Shown: positions 60,058 through 64,000 of the stretch, piece after piece
Numbering within the stretch: the first letter of the stretch is position 1
Layout of the letters: every line of letters begins with the position of its first letter
Origin: an uncultured delta proteobacterium
Lineage (GTDB): Bacteria > Myxococcota > UBA727 > VGSZ01
Reading direction: 5' to 3'
DNA length: 64,000 nt
Assembly (NCBI GenBank): GCA_963775425.1
Contig: CAVZJB010000011.1
Location: 224,001-288,000, forward strand
Program-made: the position numbers and the translations under genes
Notes under the pieces: generated by a model
Told to the model about the DNA's origin: nothing
Databases searched by the model: none
What the model saw: the letters and a program-made list of their open reading frames with translations, nothing else

Positions 60058-61587
60058 ATGGTGGCGCGGAGCCCCTCCCGCTCGTCGGCGAAGCGCCCGG
60101 TGCTGTACCAGCTGTGCCGGGCCGGCGAGATCTTCGAGGTCGGCGACGGCCCCACCGCCCTGGGCGCCGGCACGCTCCTCATCGGGCGCGGCGACCCGCG
60201 GCGCACCGACGGCGGCGACGGGCGCGTCCTCGTCGACGACCCGTGGATGAGCGGCAGCCACGCCAGGATCACGCCGCTCGAGCGGCCGCCGAGCCGCGTG
60301 GGCACGCACTCGGGGTCGTCGCTGCGGCCGCCGGGTATCCCGAGCCGCTTCGTCGTCGAGGACATGGGCAGCACCAACGGCGTCCTCGTGAACGGCGTCC
60401 CCTCCAAGAAGGCGCCGCTGCTCCACGGCGACCTCGTCGAGACCGGGCGCACGTTCTGGATCTACGTCGAGGAGTCCGCGATGGATCCCATACTCGCGGA
60501 GCCCTTCGAGCTCGGCGGCGTGTCGACGTGGACGCCGTCGTTCGCGCGGCAGCTCGCCGACCTCCTGCCGCGCGTGACGTCATCGGACCACGTGCTGCTC
60601 GTCGGCGCCGAGGGCACCGGCAAGGGCTTCCTCGCGCGCACCATCCACGTCGTCAGTGGGCGCACCGGACGCTTCGTCCACCTCGACTGCCGCGATCGGA
60701 AGAGCAAGCGGCTGCTCGTCGACCTCTTCGGCGACGAGAACCGGAACGGCCGCCTGCGCGACGCCGAGAGCGGCACGCTCTTCATCGAGAACCTCGACGC
60801 GCTCCCCCTCGACGTGCAGGACCGCCTCGCCGAGGTGCTGCGCCGCGCGCGCGCGGGCTCGCGCTCGGGGCTCGCCGCCCGGGTGGTGGCCTCGATGTCG
60901 CCCGGCGTCGACGACGCGCTCGCGCTCGGCGTCGTGCAACCAAGCCTCGTCGACGTCCTCGGCGTCGTGCAGGTGCGCATGCCTTCCCTGTCGCAGCGGC
61001 TGCCGGACCTCGGTCTCCTCCTCGACGACTTCCTCGCCCGCGCCCGCGGCGCGCCCGCCATCTCTCGCGACGCGTGCCGCGCGGTCCTCAAGTACCCCTT
61101 CCGCGCCCACGTGCGCGCCATGGGCCGCTGCATCGAGGCCGCCGCCACCCTCGCGAGCGTCGGCGACGCCAAGGCGCCCGGCGGCCACGCCGGGTCCATC
61201 GAGGTGGTCCACCTCCCCGTCGACGTCGTCGGCCCCGAGCTGCTGCGCGAGCTCGTGCTCGGCGCGGCGCCCGCGGTCGGGCCGGACAACACCAGCGAGC
61301 AGATGGCGTTGAGCACGGGCAGCGAGTCCATCCCCGACGTCTTCGCCGACGACCTGACGGACCCGACGCAGCGACGTGGCCGTCAGCCCACGCCCGCCCA
61401 CGGCGTGAGCCGGGGCGAGCCGCGCAGCGACGAAGGGCAGGTCGACGTCGACGTCGAGAGCATCAGCGCCGCGCTTCGCGCCGCCCACGGCAACGTCTCC
61501 GCCGCCGCCCGCGCCCTCGGCCGCCCGCGCGCCGTGCTGTTGCGCTGGATCCGCGAGCTCGGCATCGACCCCGTCAAGCTGCGTTGA
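60058..61587 (+). CDS. FHA + degenerate sigma54-activator AAA+ + Fis-type HTH regulator
   Basis: IGRG, MSGSHA, DMGSTNG (FHA); GAEGTGKG; AHGNVSAAARALG. Confidence 0.85.
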   Translation: MVARSPSRSSAKRPVLYQLCRAGEIFEVGDGPTALGAGTLLIGRGDPRRTDGGDGRVLVDDPWMSGSHARITPLERPPSRVGTHSGSSLRPPGIPSRFVVEDMGSTNGVLVNGVPSKKAPLLHGDLVETGRTFWIYVEESAMDPILAEPFELGGVSTWTPSFARQLADLLPRVTSSDHVLLVGAEGTGKGFLARTIHVVSGRTGRFVHLDCRDRKSKRLLVDLFGDENRNGRLRDAESGTLFIENLDALPLDVQDRLAEVLRRARAGSRSGLAARVVASMSPGVDDALALGVVQPSLVDVLGVVQVRMPSLSQRLPDLGLLLDDFLARARGAPAISRDACRAVLKYPFRAHVRAMGRCIEAAATLASVGDAKAPGGHAGSIEVVHLPVDVVGPELLRELVLGAAPAVGPDNTSEQMALSTGSESIPDVFADDLTDPTQRRGRQPTPAHGVSRGEPRSDEGQVDVDVESISAALRAAHGNVSAAARALGRPRAVLLRWIRELGIDPVKLR

Positions 61588-61657
61588 CCCACATTGCCAC
61601 GCCCTCCGCGCGCGGGGGCAGACGCGCCTCGGGCCACCGATCGGCTACCGTAGCGGC

Positions 61658-62134
61658 GTGCCGCACCCATTCCTCGAGGGCCTCGCGCGCCCGCTGCTCG
61701 TCGTCCACGCGCTCCTCGCCGTGGCCACGCTCGGCTCGAGCGCACACCTCGCGGTGCTCGGCGTGTTGTTGCTGTGGAAGAAGCGGGCGCCGGCGCGGCT
61801 GGTGCGGGTGCACGCGCGCGTGCTCGCGGCGGTGTATGCCGCCACGTTCTCGCTCGGCCTCGTGATCTACCCGGCGTTCCGCGTCCTCGTGCGGGGCCTC
61901 GTCCTCGACCGCGACGCGGCGTGGGCCTCGAACGCCTTCGACTTCAAGGAGGCCATCGTGCTCGCCGGCCTCCCCGTCGTCGCCGCGCTCTTCTTCGCGG
62001 GCCGGCGCTTCGAGCTGCCGCGCGATCGCGAGGCTGCGCCCTTCATCGGCGCGCTCGGCGTGAGCGCGGGCGTGCTCGTCCTCGTCGCCGCCGTCGTCGG
62101 GCTCGTCGTCACGAGCGTGAAGGGGCCGGCGTGA
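61658..62134 (+). CDS. Four-TM membrane protein
   Basis: Hydrophobic segments; LLVVHA, IYPAFR, FDFKE. Confidence 0.75.
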   Translation: MPHPFLEGLARPLLVVHALLAVATLGSSAHLAVLGVLLLWKKRAPARLVRVHARVLAAVYAATFSLGLVIYPAFRVLVRGLVLDRDAAWASNAFDFKEAIVLAGLPVVAALFFAGRRFELPRDREAAPFIGALGVSAGVLVLVAAVVGLVVTSVKGPA

Positions 62135-62484
62135 AGACCGCCGCCGTCGCGCTCGCCGCCGGCGCCGTCGCCGCGTTCGTGGTGACCGTGATCCCGATGC
62201 CGCTTTGGTATCTGCCGCTCGCGCACGAGCTCGCCGCCGGCGCCAAGCCCCACGGCCTCGTCATCGATTACTACGGCCGCGTCGTCGCCGTCGTCGTCGC
62301 TCTCGGCGCCGGCGCGGCGGCGGGGCACGCGTTGCGCGCGAAGGTGTCGGCGCGGCTCGCGATGCTGTGCCTGACGTGGGCGGGCTTCGCGTTGGTGATG
62401 TCCATGGCGCTCGCGCTGTTCCACGTGTGGGGGCGCCCCCTTCACCCGCTCTCCCTGCCCGCGGTGCCGCACGATGCTCCCTGA
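62131..62484 (+). CDS. Small membrane protein
   Basis: GTGA overlap with the previous gene; LWYLPL, IDYYGR; about 3 TM. Confidence 0.68.
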   Translation: MKTAAVALAAGAVAAFVVTVIPMPLWYLPLAHELAAGAKPHGLVIDYYGRVVAVVVALGAGAAAGHALRAKVSARLAMLCLTWAGFALVMSMALALFHVWGRPLHPLSLPAVPHDAP

Positions 62485-63415
62485 AGCACCGACCCGGTCG
62501 GCTCCCCTCGCCGGCGCGTCCCGGCGCCGGGGTGCCGTCGTCGCGCCGCGCCTCGGCCTCGTGGCACGGGGACGCGCGGGCTCCACCCGCCGACCCGTTC
62601 GGTGCTCGCGCGTGGCGCTGTTCGTCCTCGTCGTCGTCGCCGGCGCCGGCGCCGCGCAAGAGCCGGCGCGGGCCTCGCCGCGCTTCGAGGAGCTCGCGTT
62701 CGCCCTGAGCACGAAGCCTGCGCCCGAGGCCGTCGCGAGGATGCGGCGCTTCGTCGACGCGCACCCGGGCGGGGAGGACGCCGCGCGTGGCCTCGTGTGG
62801 ATCGCGCGGCTGAAGCTCGACGGCGGCGATCGCGCGGCGGCGCGGACGACGCTCCACGAAGCGCAGGTCATTCGCACCAGGACGGGGCGCGAGGCGCTGC
62901 GCCTGGCGGCGGCCATGGACCTCGAGGACGGCCACCTCGGCGCCGCCGAGGAGGAGAGTCGCGCGCTGGCCGCGTGCGAGGAGCCCCGGCAGGCGGCGGC
63001 GGGGCAGCGGATGCTCGACGCGATCCGCTCGCGCAGGTGGCACCGCTTCGCTCTCATCGCCGTGATCTTCGCGCTCGTCGTCGACGTCGGCCTGCGCGCG
63101 TGGCGCTCAAAGCGCGGGCTGTGGCCGCCGCCCTTCGAGGCGCAGGCCGCGGGGCCCGTGCTCGGGCTCTTGGCGGTGCTTGGCGCCGTCGAGCGGCTGA
63201 AGGAGCTGCCGGCGATCGCCGCGCTCGCCGCCGGCGGCGTCGTGCTCCTGTGGGCGCGCGGGGCGCACCGCTGGGCGCGCCCGCTCCGGCCGGCGCTTCG
63301 GGTCGCCGACGCGGCGCTCGCCGTCGTCGAGACGCTGGCCCTCGCGTGGGCGGTCTTCGAGGGCGCCGGCCTCGTCGACAAGCTCGCGCTCTTCTTCACG
63401 GCGGGGCCGGCATGA
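62474..63415 (+). CDS. Membrane protein with TPR-like N-domain and C-terminal TMs (start may be ~62612)
   Basis: RRFVDAHPG..AARGLVWIARL helical repeat; 4-5 hydrophobic segments. Confidence 0.65.
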   Translation: MLPEAPTRSAPLAGASRRRGAVVAPRLGLVARGRAGSTRRPVRCSRVALFVLVVVAGAGAAQEPARASPRFEELAFALSTKPAPEAVARMRRFVDAHPGGEDAARGLVWIARLKLDGGDRAAARTTLHEAQVIRTRTGREALRLAAAMDLEDGHLGAAEEESRALAACEEPRQAAAGQRMLDAIRSRRWHRFALIAVIFALVVDVGLRAWRSKRGLWPPPFEAQAAGPVLGLLAVLGAVERLKELPAIAALAAGGVVLLWARGAHRWARPLRPALRVADAALAVVETLALAWAVFEGAGLVDKLALFFTAGPA

Positions 63416-63783
63416 GCGGCGCAAAGCACCCCGGGGGCGCGCGCGCCGTCGACGGCGGCGTCGACGACGGCGTCGACGACGGCGCCGGCGCGGCACGTGG
63501 CCGCGCGTGCCACGAGGACGCCCCGCGGGCGCTGTGGGTGGCGGAGGCGCTCGAGGCGCACTCGGGGGCGTTCGGCGTCGACGTCACGTTCCTCCTGCTC
63601 GGCGGCGCCGCCACCGTCGGCCTCACCCTGGTGCTGTCGTCGCTCCTGCGACGGCCCGGGCGCGTCGAGCTCATCGGCGGGCCTCCGAGCGATCTGCTCC
63701 GCGCCCGCCACGAGGGCGCGCCCGAGGACGAGGGCGCCCGCGCGCCCCACGACGCGAGCCCCGCCGGCGAGGAGGGCGCGTGA
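63412..63783 (+). CDS. Small single-TM hypothetical protein
   Basis: ATGA and GTGA overlaps on both sides; TM FLLLGGAATVGLTLVL. Confidence 0.5.
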   Translation: MSGAKHPGGARAVDGGVDDGVDDGAGAARGRACHEDAPRALWVAEALEAHSGAFGVDVTFLLLGGAATVGLTLVLSSLLRRPGRVELIGGPPSDLLRARHEGAPEDEGARAPHDASPAGEEGA

Positions 63784-64000
63784 GGGTGCGGGTGGAGCGC
63801 TTCGGGGGCCTCGTCGACGACGGTGAGCGCATCGTCGCCGTCAACCGCGCGGCGATGCGCGCCCTGGGCGTCGCCGACAGCCCGCTGTGGGCCGCCCCCG
63901 CCGACGACGCCACGCTGTCCGCGCCGCTCGTCGCGCACGTGCTGCTGTCCCGGCGCTGCCCCGGCGGCTGTTGGTATTGCTCCGTCGACGCCACCGCCGA
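63780..64000 (+). CDS. Radical SAM protein (3'-truncated; absent from the ORF track)
   Basis: Manual translation VRVRVERFGG..LSAPLVAHVLLSRRCPGGCWYCSVDA contains CxxxCxxC; GGAGGG SD. Confidence 0.82.
   Translation, partial: MRVRVERFGGLVDDGERIVAVNRAAMRALGVADSPLWAAPADDATLSAPLVAHVLLSRRCPGGCWYCSVDATA

Overview
Very GC-rich chromosomal window, most likely from a Myxococcota/deltaproteobacterial genome. This is inferred from the split atpZ/I/B/E operon, Ser/Thr kinases, ECF sigma modules, zinc-ribbon/Pro-rich proteins, Cys-rich and (GE)n lipoproteins, and an FHA-bEBP. About 60 real CDS can be picked from many shadow ORFs. Housekeeping genes are lon (partial), plsY, atpB, atpE, prmA, two UvrD-family helicases, ligA, gluQ, hemW and panC. 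Accessory or poorly understood modules are: (1) an ECF sigma / membrane anti-sigma / exported caspase with a C-terminal beta-barrel / lipoprotein operon, the best candidate for an undescribed protease-based envelope-signalling system; (2) a second ECF module with a divergent barrel-like partner; (3) a FimU-PilV-PilW minor-pilin cluster ending in an 882-aa PilX/HpsA-like protein, with no PilY1; (4) a coupled operon of four membrane proteins plus a radical SAM gene cut by the window end. Several proteins lack canonical residues: a GH13 protein without its nucleophile (preceded by a 400-bp structured spacer), a zinc-finger-less LigA, a GAFTGA-less bEBP and a Cys-to-Ser isochorismatase-like protein. 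A dispersed GTAG-type REP palindrome family is also present. No rRNA, tRNA, CRISPR array or transposase was seen. All calls come from reading motifs by eye with no database search. Many start codons were reassigned from the ORF track and are provisional.
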